Positions 36,564 through 49,589 of a DNA stretch of 64,000 nucleotides are shown here, in pieces. The DNA lies in the NCBI RefSeq assembly GCF_006345805.1, contig NC_042997.1:101618001-101682000 (forward strand), read 5' to 3'. The stretch's first letter is position 1, and every line of letters begins with the position of its first letter. The notes under the pieces were generated by a model, which was not told the origin of the DNA, did no database searches, and saw only the letters and a program-made list of their open reading frames with translations. The translations under genes and the position numbers were made by a program. Source of the DNA: Octopus sinensis. Its lineage: Eukaryota.

Positions 36564-37798
36564 CAGGGCATCCCAAAATTAAGGCAACCAACTTTTTTCA
36601 ATTTTGTCAAAGCAAAATATTATTATATTTCAGTTCCAAGCGTTGTAGTGCAATAGTAAAGGAAACACAATTATGATACAACCACATTTATTTGATATGA
36701 CCACCTCTGTTTCGAATCACATCCTTAAGTCTAGGTTGCAAATGCTTTGCATGCAGCATGCAGCTGTTCATGCAATTGAGGCCTATTCCTGGTGCAGTTT
36801 TGCCTTCAGAGCATCGAGCAAAGCATGAGGAGTGCTTCAGACCCTCATCTCCAAAATGGGCCAAACAGAAAAATCCAACATGTTGAAATCGGAACTTTTT
36901 GCTTATGAATGATGGAATGTTTTTCTGAATCCAGTGTTGTGTCTGTCTGGTGCTGTGAGATGGTGCCGAATCCTGTTGGAGGATCCAAGGTGCATCTTGA
37001 AAGAGCTCATTCACCCATGAAAGCAGTTCAGCTTCCAGAATGTTGCTAATATATTGCTGGTTGTTAATTTTCCCACCTGAGGTCACAAAATCGAGGTGAG
37101 ACCTTCCAGTGGCTGTCACAGCTGCTCAAACCATAACTGACTGTGAATTTTGATGTTGATTTATGAGTCTACCCTCGACAGAGCCAGATACACTCCAAAG
37201 TCGGTCATTCTCGAGTTTACTGTCTGCTTGATGTCAAATTTGTTTTCATCAGTGAACACCAGGTTTAGGCAGTGTGCTTTCAGCAATCTGATGCAGGATA
37301 AGATGACTTCTCTCCAGTCTCATAACTTTATAAACTTGTGTGAGCTCATGACAGCAGATCATCTTGTAGGGGTGGGTCCTGAGATCTTCTTTCAGCACTC
37401 AATGCATTGGTGTTCAGCTTATTTTTTCTGTGGCTGCCAGTTTTCTGACAGAACAAAGAGGATTTTACAATATTTTTTCTCTGGTACTTTTGAAAAGCTA
37501 AGGGGTCTTCAAGCTTCTTTTTCAGCCACATCTAGATCGACCAACAGTGGAACCAGTCTCTTGAAATTTCTTGACAATTTTCCAGACTGTTCAGTTAATT
37601 TTAAGCTTTTTTGCTATAGCTGTATTACTTTCACCTCCTTTGCGTAGGGTTATGATTGGATTTCAGTCTATAGCCATTATCTAATTTATAAACCTGAACT
37701 TTTAATCTGAAACAAAAAGAAGACACACTAAGCAGTTATAATGATGTCTAATTTATTAAAGCCCGAAACTTCACTTGCTGTAATTTTGGGATACTCTC
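36564..37798 (-). mobile_element. Tc1/mariner superfamily transposon, maT/DD37D-like, decayed
   Basis: VFTDENKF..NDRLW, SVMV*AAVTATG, QQDSAPSH, DFNMLDF; degenerate TIRs sharing atcccaaaatta..gcaa; TA at 36562-63. Confidence 0.85.
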
Positions 37799-37861
37799 TC
37801 TAGACATATATATATGCTTATTATATATGCATACATTTATATATAGATAGATAGATAGATT

Positions 37862-37893
<32 letters not shown>

Positions 37894-38328
37894 TAGATAG
37901 ATAGATATAGATATTTGATACATATATATATATATACATAGAGAGAGTGGGGAGAGAGATAGACTTCATGTTTCTCCATTATTTTGATTCTTTGTCCATG
38001 TTTAATGCTTGTCCAGTATTTGAAAATGCAAGCAGCATGGATATGATTGTTGCAAATAGTATGAATGAGTGAACGACACTGCATTTGGTAAATAGATACA
38101 TTCTTTGTGGGTTAACAATACTGCCATTGGTTTCATGTAAAATAACATCGAGTGGAATGCTTGAAAATTGCAAGTTTTTCACATGGAATCAATGGTAGGA
38201 TTGCTGATCCCCAAATAAACAATATATTTGTCTGCTTAATGTGATACTGAGTACTCACTCTCGTTGTTCATCACTATTGTACATATATATATGCTCTTTC
38301 AATACAAATACACACGCGCATATATATA

Positions 38329-38720
38329 TTAGGCACAGGCATGGCTCTCTGGTAAGAAGCTTCCTTCCCAACAATATGGTTCTGGCTTCAGTTCCACTGC
38401 ATGGTACCTTGGGCAAGCGTCTTCTATTTTAGCCTCAAGCCAGCCAAAGCCTTGTGAGTAGATTTGGTAGACAGAAACTGAAAGAAACCTGTCGTATATA
38501 TGTGTGTGTTTATCTTCGTGTGTGAGTCTTTGTATCTGTGTTTGTCCCACCATCACCACTTAATAACTGGTGTTGGTATTCTTACATCCCTGTAACTTAA
38601 CAGTTCAGCAGTAGAGACCAACAAAATAAGTACTAAGCTTAAAACATAAGTCCTGGAGTTGATTTGTTTGACTAAAACCCTTCAAGGTGGTGCTCCAGCA
38701 TGGCCACAGCCTAATGCCTA
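38329..38720 (+). mobile_element. SINE family B
   Basis: Full head, core and tail homology with the other copies. Confidence 0.8.
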
Positions 38721-38821
38721 AAGCCTGTAAAAGTGGTGTGTATATATATATATATATATATATTACAGAGATGTACTTGCATAGCAAGTGACTTGGTCTG
38801 AGATCATGTGCTGGAACGAAA

Positions 38822-39022
38822 ACAATTGCAGCGTGGAAGGTGTTTATAAGCCATTTAAGAAACACACAAAACCTGAGATGCAGCACGAAACTTTGTCAGT
38901 GAACAGGTCGCAGTCTCAAAGCGACGAAAAATTTTGACAAATTAAATTTAAATGTTGAAGTGAATCTAACGGTCTTGTGTGTTTCTTAAATGGCTTATAA
39001 ACACCTTCCACGCTGCAATTGT
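38822..39022. repeat. Inverted-repeat cassette (52-bp arms, 1 mismatch) with a hammerhead-like fold in the spacer
   Basis: Arms 38822-38873 and 38971-39022; fold at 38892-38941 on the + strand. Confidence 0.85.
38892..38941 (+). ncRNA. Candidate minimal type-I hammerhead ribozyme, G3-C8 variant
   Basis: tttgtca GTGAACA g gtcgc agtctcaaa gcgac GAA aaattt tgacaaa: 7-bp stem I, 5-bp stem II, palindromic stem III. Confidence 0.6.
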
Positions 39023-39469
39023 ATATATATATATATATACACACACACATATATATATATGTGATGATTCAAGGATTGCTTTAGCATTAATATATACCAA
39101 CTAACAACCAAGATCAGATGAGTTTAATTTAGCTTTTTAATGCACATTTCATTTCACACTCTATTCCTCCCTTACACCAACAACTTACTCAACCATCCAC
39201 CTCCCCCACTACATTCATTATTTTCCCTTCCACTTCCATCGACTGCCATGCCTCAGGGATTCTAGGATAGCTGGTTCACTGCCCAACCATTCATACTGCC
39301 ATTCATTGAAATATCGTCACATTGTCTGCACAATTGAAGAAAATTATTATATTATGCTATTTTTTGGACAAAGATTATTTTTGCAAGTTTGCAAAATGAT
39401 ATTTTTCTAAATTATATAAATTAATCTGTGTGTGTGTGTGTGTGCATGCAACTTTGTCACTCATCATCA

Positions 39470-39630
39470 TCCTCATCATCATCATCGTTTAACGTCTGTT
39501 TTCCATGCTAGCATGGATTGGACAGTTTGACCGGGGTCTGGGAAGCCAGGAGGCTGCACCAGGCTCCAGTCTGATCTGGTAGTGTTTCTACAGCTGGATG
39601 CTTTTCCTAACGCCAACCACTCCGTCTGCT
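39470..39630 (-). mobile_element. RTE-type 3' tail
   Basis: (cat)n cgtttaacgtctgttttccatgctagcatg...cctaacgccaaccactc. Confidence 0.75.
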
Positions 39631-39944
39631 TGACAAAAGCTGTTGGCTTGTTTACATTACTTCGACTTGGCTGATCAGCATTAAGAGATAGACAGGAAAA
39701 AAATCCAAACTTCAAAGAAGGACTATAGTTGATTTCATCATGTAGAACCCTCTGTGTAGTGGCCATAATAGCAGTTAGAAACAAAAGCAAGTCAGAGAAT
39801 ATATATATCAAAAAGACATTCAAGACAAAATAGCCAATTCAGTATTAGATATATATTGAAATAAAATTGTAACAAATTAATATAGAAGCTTTATGTATCT
39901 TCTAAATACTGAAGAGACATCTGAATAACACTTGGGAACTTGGG

Positions 39945-40203
39945 ACATACATACATACATACATACATACATACATACATACATACACACACACATACAT
40001 ACACATACATACATACATACATACACACATGCATACATACATACATACATACACACACATACATACATACATACTTACATGCATGCATGCATGCATACAT
40101 GCATGCATGCATGCATGCATACATACATACATACATACATACATACATACATACATACATACATACATACATACATACATACATACATACATACATACAT
40201 ACA
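39945..40203. repeat. (TACA)n/(TGCA)n tetranucleotide microsatellite
   Basis: Directly visible. Confidence 0.95.
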
Positions 40204-40205
40204 TA

Positions 40206-41064
40206 CTGGGTGCAGTGAATATATTGTTGTCTAAATTACACAAAAATGAAAATAGCACTGACATTTCAGTTTAACAAATATATTTACCAAAATTACATAA
40301 AAAACATTTTGAAATACTAAAAAGTAAGTTTATTCAATAAAATCACCATTGGCTTCAACCACAGCCTTCAGATGACTTCAGAATCTCTTGCAACTCTTCT
40401 GGATGGTCTCCTTGTTTAAGTTGATGAATGCTGTCATAATCCTTGCCTTCAGTTCATCTTTGATGTTACAAGGAATTTTGTTGGTCTCTCACTCAACTGC
40501 ACTCCACACATAATAAACAAGCGGGTTGCAGTCTGAGGAGTTAGGTGGCCAGATGTTAGGGATGATGTGGTCACAGAAATTGTCTGACAGCCATGACTGG
40601 GTTCTCCTGCTTGTGACATGGTCCAGAGTCTTATTGCCAGACATAGGGTCTTTCAGCAGCCACCCTCTTGACTCAGGGCAGCACTACATCCTCCAGGCAC
40701 TTGATGTAGGCCTCTGTATTGAGTCTGTAGCCATGTGGGAAGATGAATGGAGGCATAACGTCACCGTCATGTGGACTGGGTCTTTGATTTTTATCACTCT
40801 CATTACATGTTTTGAGGATATGGCAAGCCAATGGTTGTTATGCGTGTTCACCATCTGTTCATAATGGAGCTTCCAACATGAATGCCAAGCAGTACAGCAT
40901 GCCATTTCCAAATTTCTGGCAGAATGAATTGTGTCATGGTGTTGTTTTTCTCACAGACGGTGCCCAACTGACCCTACTATACTGTGTAGTCAACAAAATC
41001 AAAAACAAACAATGTGCATGAGCAACATTGAAAATATAAAATGGCAACAATTTACCCTTCGCAC

Positions 41065-41068
<4 letters not shown>
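40206..41068 (-). mobile_element. maT/DD37D transposon relic, internally deleted
   Basis: DGDVMPPFIFP..NTEAYIKCL..VWQ*DSGPCHTSRRTQSWL..WPPNSSDCNPL: 37 residues between the second and third catalytic positions; degenerate TIRs; TA at both ends. Confidence 0.85.
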
Positions 41069-41118
<50 letters not shown>

Positions 41119-41132
41119 TATGTATGTATGTG

Positions 41133-41183
<51 letters not shown>

Positions 41184-41833
41184 CGATACAATAATTGTTT
41201 CTTGTCAGAAACAAAAAAAGGTTTAATAGGACTGCAATAGAAGTGCTCTATTGGAAGAGACAAAAATATCAAACTAGAATCATTGAACAAGCAAATACAA
41301 AGTCAACCGCATGTCATTTCATAATTCGAACATTTAATTATAGAATAAACATATAACCCGCAAGATGGAACAAAATTCATATGTACAACACGTAATAATA
41401 ATAATAATATGGTATGGTGCGAGAAAAAATTCTTATCATTAAAACCTAGAATTAATATTCTAGCGATTCAAAGAGAATACATTTATAAAATGACGTAGAA
41501 AGTAAAATATAATATAAGTAATATATAAAAATATATAGGTATATAAAAATATAGACATATAAAAATATATAAAACATATATAAATATATATACACATATA
41601 GGAGCATATAAAAAATACAATATAAATATATATATATATATATATCGTGTAAATAAAGTAAAATAAGTTTCATCGTTTAGAAATCTTAATCAGGTAAAAT
41701 AAGCCTTATATATAAGAGGGAAATCATGTTTACTTATCCCTATGGCCATTTCAGGGGTGTATTATGTTTAAAGCACTAGGGTGCATTCAGATATATATAT
41801 GTGTGTTTGTGTGTATATGTATATATATATATA

Positions 41834-41889
<56 letters not shown>

Positions 41890-42269
41890 CACATGATGAG
41901 TATATAGAGATTAATTATCCAGGCAGGTACTATAAGAGCCCTCAAGTATTGTCCATATTCTGACTAATCATATCAAGTAGTAAGAAACACTAAGGATTAC
42001 TTATGGTGAACAATCTCACTGTGATTCTTGTAATGGGAAAATCCAGGTTCACTTTGCTGAATTATGAAACATTTTAATTTCACTTTTACAATTCATTATG
42101 CAGTATAATTACTTAGTTAACAAATTAATTATGCAGTATGAATAACTGTTAAATAAAAGGAAAAGTTTGAAGTTATACCAGTCTCCATATTTTTTGTATT
42201 TGTTTTGGATTTGCTCTCCCGAATATATGTATGTATGTACGCTTGTATGTGTGTGGTGGGTTTCATATA

Positions 42270-43167
42270 TCTATAACAATCAATGGCAAGTTTGTGTGTT
42301 TGTGAATTTGTTACTTTAACTCCTCAGAGACTATCCAACAGACCTTAATGAAACTTGACAAGTGTGTGGGGCTTATGCTAATGCAGTCACTTACGCACTT
42401 CGAATTTTTAAAAAATCGATTTTTAATCAGTATCAATTTTTCAAAAATCATAAAATTTCAGCATTTTTCAGACTAGCCATCATGACATCAATTTGATGAA
42501 AAATGTTTCATGGGTATAAACAGATAGCTTATTAACAGTAATCTATTTAGCATTTGCTAAAACTTATTGTTTTAATTCCAAAGTGTTTTAGGTTTTGATT
42601 AGGTAAGAGTATTTTATTTTGCACACTAGCCATCAGGACATCAATTTGACAAAATCTGCTCCAAAGTGTAAAATTTTGCCTTTTTACACACAAGTACAAA
42701 AATGATGACAACATGGGTTTGCTACCAGACTCTGCTCATTTTTTCATCTAATTGGCTCTACCTATTAATATAGATTTTAATTTTTTGAAAAATGCTGAAA
42801 TTTGATGGAAAATGTTTCATGGCTATAAACAGACATCTCATTAACAGTAATTTATTTAGCATTTGCCAATTCTGCATTTCAGTGCGAATTGTTTTGTTTT
42901 GCTAAAACTTATTATTGCAATTTTTTGTTTTAATTCAACAGCATTTTAGGTTTTGATTAGGTAAGAGCATTTAATGCACAAGCATAAAAATGACGACAAT
43001 GCCAGACTGATTCACTACCAGACTCTGCTCATATTTTCTTCAAATTGGTCTAACCCATTAATATAGATTCTAAATTTTTGAAAAATGTCGAAATTTGATG
43101 AAAAATGTTTCATGGCTATAAACAGACATCTTATAAACAGTAATTTATTACTGGGTACCTCAGCTAG
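42270..43167 (+). mobile_element. Non-autonomous Helitron-like element with ~2.3 internal ~300-bp tandem units
   Basis: Begins A|TC, ends CTAG|T after a near-palindrome ctgggtacctcag; aatttgatgaaaaatgtttcatgg recurs near 42490, 42800 and 43092. Confidence 0.55.
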
Positions 43168-43569
43168 TGTTAAGTTAATTTATAAAAACAGTTTAACATT
43201 GAACTGAAACAGTTTAACATTGAACACACATAGAAAGAGAGAGATAGCTTGAGACCATAGCCATGCTGAGACAACACCATTAGTGGGATTATTAGTTATT
43301 TCATTTTCATGGCCCTTTCTCTATGTTTTGGTGAACAAGAGAGTTTGATGGCACTACCCTCATCTGCATTTCCTGCTGAGACATAGGTTCCTCTAGTATC
43401 TCAGATAGAAACTTATCCAAATGTTGTTTTGAATACATCCACATCTACATTGTAGACCTATGAGATTATTTTTGCAGCCAGCTATTTAAAAACTGTAATC
43501 CTAAGCTTGAATCCTAAGCTATTTTAATATTGTGTCCCTTCTTTAGAAGGAGAGAGTGGGAACTTTGCT

Positions 43570-44010
43570 AATATTCACTATAGTCCAGTATAGGATTTGG
43601 TATTATTTTCAACCCCAAAGTTAGCCACTAGACCTTCCACAATCTTCCAAATAATGTATAACAGCTTGGTCAGATAGAGCATCATTTCTTTTAGCCTCTC
43701 CCAGTGGCTCTTCTGTTGCACTGAGACAGTCTTCATGGGGTAGTGGCATTCACTGACCTTAAACACTACTGTGACTTGAACACTCTGGGGTAATTGTAAT
43801 TTAGAGCAGTAGTGATAGTGATTGAGAACACACATTCTCTGCTGTACCAACAAATTTTCTTTCTCTCTTATTCTAAATGATTTTAAAATCCAGCCAGCCA
43901 GTTGCCTGCATGTTGTTGCCACCTTAGTAATATGCATATTACTCATGTGCATTCCCAGATCAAGCAATGATTGCATCTCCAGGATTGCAACACACCCTGG
44001 TGCTGTGCAT
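43570..44010 (-). mobile_element. CR1/L2-like LINE reverse-transcriptase C-terminal relic
   Basis: CRQLAGWILKSFRIRE..HYCS..HWERLKE..IWKIVEGLVANFG. Confidence 0.7.
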
Positions 44011-44052
44011 CCTGATATATATCTGATATATATCAACCTACAATCAGATATG

Positions 44053-44088
<36 letters not shown>

Positions 44089-44262
44089 TGTATGTATTAT
44101 GTATGTATGTATGTATGTATGTATGTATGTATGTGTGTGTATGTATGTATATGCATGTGTATATGTTATATATGTACAGGTATATATAGATGTATATACA
44201 TACATATATATATATACACACACACACAAATATATATGTGCATATATATGTATGTATATGTA

Positions 44263-44331
<69 letters not shown>

Positions 44332-44466
44332 ATCTCATGCATCTGGATAGAAATCTGTAACTCCTAATTTAGAAGATATTCCTCCCACTTTATTTTGCCA
44401 ATGCATATAAGTATAAATACACATATGGTTACACATACATGCATAATTATAGATAGACACAAAATT

Positions 44467-44506
<40 letters not shown>

Positions 44507-44552
44507 AATAGATATATATGTATGGTTGATGTATACATACATACATACATAT

Positions 44553-44749
44553 ATCAAAATAAGCAACAGGATATCAAGTAGTGATGCAGTACGACCGTTT
44601 CAGGCAGCTCCATTTAATTGAACAATACAGTCATTACATCAATTGGCACTGCATTTAAAGTGATGCAATGATTGCATTGTTCAATTAAATGGAGCTTCTT
44701 GAAACAGTCGTACTGCATCACTACTTGATATCTTGTTGCTTATTTTGAT
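44553..44749. repeat. Foldback element, ~89-bp arms; same termini as the short hairpin at 34495-34570
   Basis: atcaaaataagcaaca(g/a)gatatc... mirrored by ...gatatcttgttgcttattttgat. Confidence 0.85.
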
Positions 44750-45273
44750 TTTATTCATCTTACTTCAAGCTGTGCGGATAATACCAGACTGACTTGGTGC
44801 TCCAACTTAAGTAAATAATTCAAATGAATCTCAATTATTTCTTAAATATATATATATATATATTAATATATCAACATCTTCATCATTTAACATCCATCTT
44901 CCAAGGGTCTAAGAAGTCAAAAGACTGTGTGTCAAGCTCCAATGTCTGCATTTTCTCAGTTTCTATGTCTGAATGCTCTCCCTAATGCTAACTGCTTCAA
45001 AGTGTTTTGGTGAATGTTATTTTCAAGGCACCAGTACTAATGAGATCACCAAACAACTCACAAAACAAGACTTCTTAACTGAGTAAGGAAATAGTATTTA
45101 GGGAGGTAGCTTTATGCCATGCGCTGAGAGGTTAAAGTATGATAGATGGACTGGAGCAGATGTCTTGCAGTAGAGTTGATACCTGGCTACTCCAGCTGGA
45201 AAGAGGAGAGCTGAAAAGAGAGGTGGTGAGGTGCTGTCATATGTATAAAGATATATATATTATATATATATAT

Positions 45274-45316
<43 letters not shown>

Positions 45317-45326
45317 TATATATATT

Positions 45327-47088
45327 TATAAAAGGGCTTAGTAAAATAAATTACTTTGCCGCATACTGAACTCATTAGAAATAGCAGCTAAAAAACTTTT
45401 TTAAAGCTATTTCTAATACTAAAGAAAATCTCTCTCATATATAGTGCTTGCTTAATTCAACTCACAAAAGTTTGGGGGTAAGGACATCGAAAAATCAAAT
45501 GCTAAGGTTATTCGAGAACGTACGTTTCAAGATTAGTCAAAACAACATTTCTATCATCGGCTCAGAAATTCCTTGGTTTGGATTTGGAAACACTGAAAAT
45601 AAGAACATACCCTTTCGAAGATCTGCTCCCAACTAACAGTGCACAAATTCAAATAAGCAAGCGAAGAATCTCTGTTCTCCCCTTTCCTTTCCACCAGCGG
45701 GGTTAAAATCATCAAACACTATGCTTATTTCGGTAAAATCCGAAGCATTAATCAGAGGGAGATTAATTATAATTTCAACAATTGAGGGCAAAATTAATTA
45801 ATTATTAATCAATTTCACCAAGTGTTCAGTATGCAAAGGGACCATTCAAGGCGAATTCAAATTATTACATTATATAAAAGGGCTTAGTAAAATAAATTAC
45901 TTTGCCGCATACTGAACTCATTAGAAATAGCAGCTAAAAAACTTTTTAAAGCTATTTCTAATACTTAAAGAAAATCTCTCTCATATATAGTGCTTGCTTA
46001 ATTCAACTCACAAAAGTTTGGGGGTAAGGACATCGAAAAATCAAATGCTAAGGTTATTCGAGAACGTACGTTTCAAGATTAGTCAAAACAACATTTCTAT
46101 CATCGGCTCAGAAATTCCTTGGTTTGGATTTGGAAACACTGAAAATAAGAACATACCCTTTCGAAGATCTCTCCCAACTAACAGTGCCAACAAATTCAAA
46201 TAAGCAAGCGAAGAATCTCTGTTCTCCCCTTTCCACCAGCGTGGGTTAAAATCATCAAACACTATGCTTATTTCGGTAAAATCCGAAGCATTAATCAGGG
46301 GAGATTAATTATAATTTCAACAATTGAGGGCAAAATTAATTAATTATTAATCAATTTCACCAGTGTTTTAAAAAGTTTTTTAGCTGCTATTTCTAATGAG
46401 TTCAGTATGCGGCAAAGTAATTTATTTTACTAAGCCCTTTTATATAATGTAATAATTTGAATTCGCCTTGAATGGTCCCTTTCATACTGAACACTTGGTG
46501 AAATTGATTAATAATTAATTAATTTTGCCCTCAATTGTTGAAATTATAATTAATCTCCCTCTGATTAATGCTTCGGATTTTACCGAAATAAGCATAGTGT
46601 TTGATGATTTTAACCCACGCTGGTGGAAAGGGGAGAACAGAGATTCTTCGCTTGCTTATTTGAATTTGTTGGCATTGTTAGTTGGGAGCAGATCTTCGAA
46701 AGGGTATGTTCTTATTTTCAGTGTTTTCAAATCCAAACCAAGGAATTTCTGAGCCGATGATAAAATGTTGTTTTGACTAATCTTGAAACGTACGTTCTCG
46801 AATAACCTTAGCATTTGATTTTTCGATGTCCTTACCCCCAACTTTTGTGAGTTGAATTAAGCAGCACTATATATGAGAGAGATTTTCTTTAAGTATTAGA
46901 AATAGCTTTAAAAAAGTTTTTTAGCTGCTATTTCTAATGAGTTCAGTATGCGGCAAAGTAATTTATTTTACTAAGCCCTTTTATATAATGTAATAATTTG
47001 AATTCGCCTTGAATGGTCCCTTTGCATACTGAACACTTGGTGAAATTGATTAATAATTAATTAATTTTGCCCTCATTGTTGAAATTAT
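45327..47088. repeat. Array of a 546-bp unit: two direct copies (45327-46367) then ~1.3 inverted copies (46368-47088)
   Basis: Identical ORFs at 45448 and 45994 give the 546-bp period; the reverse complement recurs from 46368; copies differ mainly by 1-4 nt indels. Confidence 0.95.
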
Positions 47089-47231
47089 ATATATATATAT
47101 ATATATATTTATACATGTAAGCATGTGTGTGCACAATATGTGTAGTGTGTATAAAGAAAAAGGAGTTAGTCAGAATTTTAGATAATTATTTATTAATGTA
47201 TATTTCTATTACTTTCTGGAACTCTGGGTCA

Positions 47232-47559
47232 TCTCTTGACCATTTATCAAAGGAAAATATCTTGAATCTGTTGTTTCCCCATATTATTTTAGATGCTTAC
47301 TAAGCAGAAACTTGTGTAACTCTTTTTGTCTTATGTGCTCTCTATGAATTCTTCTATGTTGGCAAGGGAAATTGTTGGTTTCCTTAATTTAATTTTCCTT
47401 GGAATTGGGGCAGGTTATCCAGTTTATGAAATTCTGTGTCTTGCAGTTCACATCTGTATTTACTTGAAAGGAGAATCCACTTTTAGATTTTATATGAGAA
47501 CCAGTGTCCAAATATTTCAAGCTGTTGTTGTTACATGTTCCACATCTGTTATCTCCACA
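47232..47559 (-). mobile_element. Penelope-like element GIY-YIG endonuclease relic
   Basis: Hand translation: CGDNRCGTC..FQVNTDVNCKTQNFINWITCPNSKEN*IKET..RIHREHIR..SKHL (decayed CxxC and GIY-YIG). Confidence 0.7.
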
Positions 47560-47563
47560 GTCC

Positions 47564-47616
<53 letters not shown>

Positions 47617-48520
47617 AAACTGCTAACAAGGGTGGAGCCGTGGTGGTGTGGCGCACGTACCTCCACAAGGCGGGAGCTCTCTGCCAATTTCAAACCACCT
47701 CCTTCTACTGCCTTCTGCCCTCCAACCCCACGCCCAACTACCAACAGACTGAGTCCTCCACCATCCATGATCTCATCTCCTCCTCTCGTCTCCGCCCCAC
47801 CGTCTCTAACCTCATTGTCTGCACCCCTCACACTCCCACAATTTACTTCCTCCTCAAAATCCACAAACCTAACAAACCTGGCTGCCCCATCATCTCCGCC
47901 TGCAACTGCCCCACCAAACTCATCTCCAGATATCTTGACTGTGTCCTTGCCTTCCTAGTAGCTTCCCTCTCCTCTCACATCCATGACACAAACGATGCTC
48001 TTCGTTTGTTCAACTCTTTCTCCTTCCCTCCCCCACATCCCAACACCACCACACCACACATCACCCACATCAGTGCACACAATAGCACTGACCACTTCCC
48101 AGCACCTACACCATCATCCACACACCTACACATGCACACACGCACACGTCAATGTCACCAGCCCCCTTCCACATGCACATACATGCTCTCACATACACAC
48201 GCACATGTACCTTCATTTTGGGATCACCACTACTTTATTATTTCCCCTTCTTCCTAGCTCTCCTGTGTGACCCCTCTGTCCGGCATTCGCCATGACAGAT
48301 CGCTAGCCACTAAACCTTTTTCTATTTTCTCTCCCTGTTTATTTCTGCGTTCCTTTCCGTCAAAGAGCGTAGGATCAAAACGTAAATATATATTCATTTC
48401 CTTTCTCCTCAAAATCCACAAACCTGACAAACCTGGCCACCCCATCATCTCCGCCTGCAACTGCCCCCTCAGAACTCATCTCCAGATATCTTGACTGTAT
48501 CTTGCCCTCCTTCTCGCTTC
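47617..48520 (+). mobile_element. Penelope-like element RT relic, 3' non-coding part and a duplicated RT segment
   Basis: ANKGGAVVVW, IYFLLKIHKPNKPGCPIISACNCPTKLISRYLD, HIHDTNDAL; 47845-47955 is repeated at ~48400-48515. Confidence 0.85.
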
Positions 48521-49086
48521 TCGAGCATTAAACTAATACATCTGTTTGTTTTTTACACACACGTCTTCCTCTTTTGTTTTTGTAAATTCTCACTATATAT
48601 ATATATATATATTATATATATATATATATATAAAATATGTACCACTGTTTTTAGCACACTATATCTATAAAGGAACCTTTATGACAACCTCTGACTTTTC
48701 CACAATATACATACATTAAATATATCATATAGATAGAAATTTTTATCTAGAGCTGCTCGTATTGCATACTTTGAATTTTACTCAGCCTTTTTCCGAGACT
48801 AGTGTATTGTTTATTCACTGATTCTATATCTTCAGACTAACTGATGTGACTTTGTGTCAAAAGTAACGTATGTATATGGCATTGACAAGTCATAAAAACA
48901 ACGAAATGCACATCTTTTTCTTCTCGTGATCGCTTACAAAATGGTTTTGTTTTGTTTTGTCAAGCAGTAAAATATATTGTGCTTTTTTAACATACTACGT
49001 CTTTAAAGGGATCTTTCTCAAGACAACCACTGCAGCCTCCGACTTGATATACATAGGTTAAGTATATCATATCAATAGAGATAATA

Positions 49087-49122
<36 letters not shown>

Positions 49123-49207
49123 TGTATGTATGTAGGTGTGAGTGTGTGTGCATGTGTGTCTATATGGTGGGTATATATATATATATGTGTGTGTGTGCAT
49201 GTGTGTT

Positions 49208-49262
<55 letters not shown>

Positions 49263-49306
49263 TATAAATGTATATATATTTATTCATTTATTTACACACA
49301 TATGCA

Positions 49307-49354
<48 letters not shown>

Positions 49355-49589
49355 CATATATTTACACACATATGCATTTATGTGTGCATGTGTGTGTGTG
49401 TGTGTGTGTAAATATATATATATATATACACATATATATATATATATATATATATATGTAAATGAGTAGCTTCAGATGTGGAGTCAGATGACTAGCTCAG
49501 AAAGCCCTTCTTACAGACTTGGTTAACAGCCTATATAGTAATCTAATGCAGAGAAGTGTAATGTAGAGTGTCAATACTATAATATTTAT

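Noticed and set aside
45448-45636. Repeated ORF ending IIGSEIPWFGFGNTENKN, loosely like an RT motif-E (PWxG)
   Set aside because: Short, flanked by stops in all copies, no other RT motif; similarity too weak.
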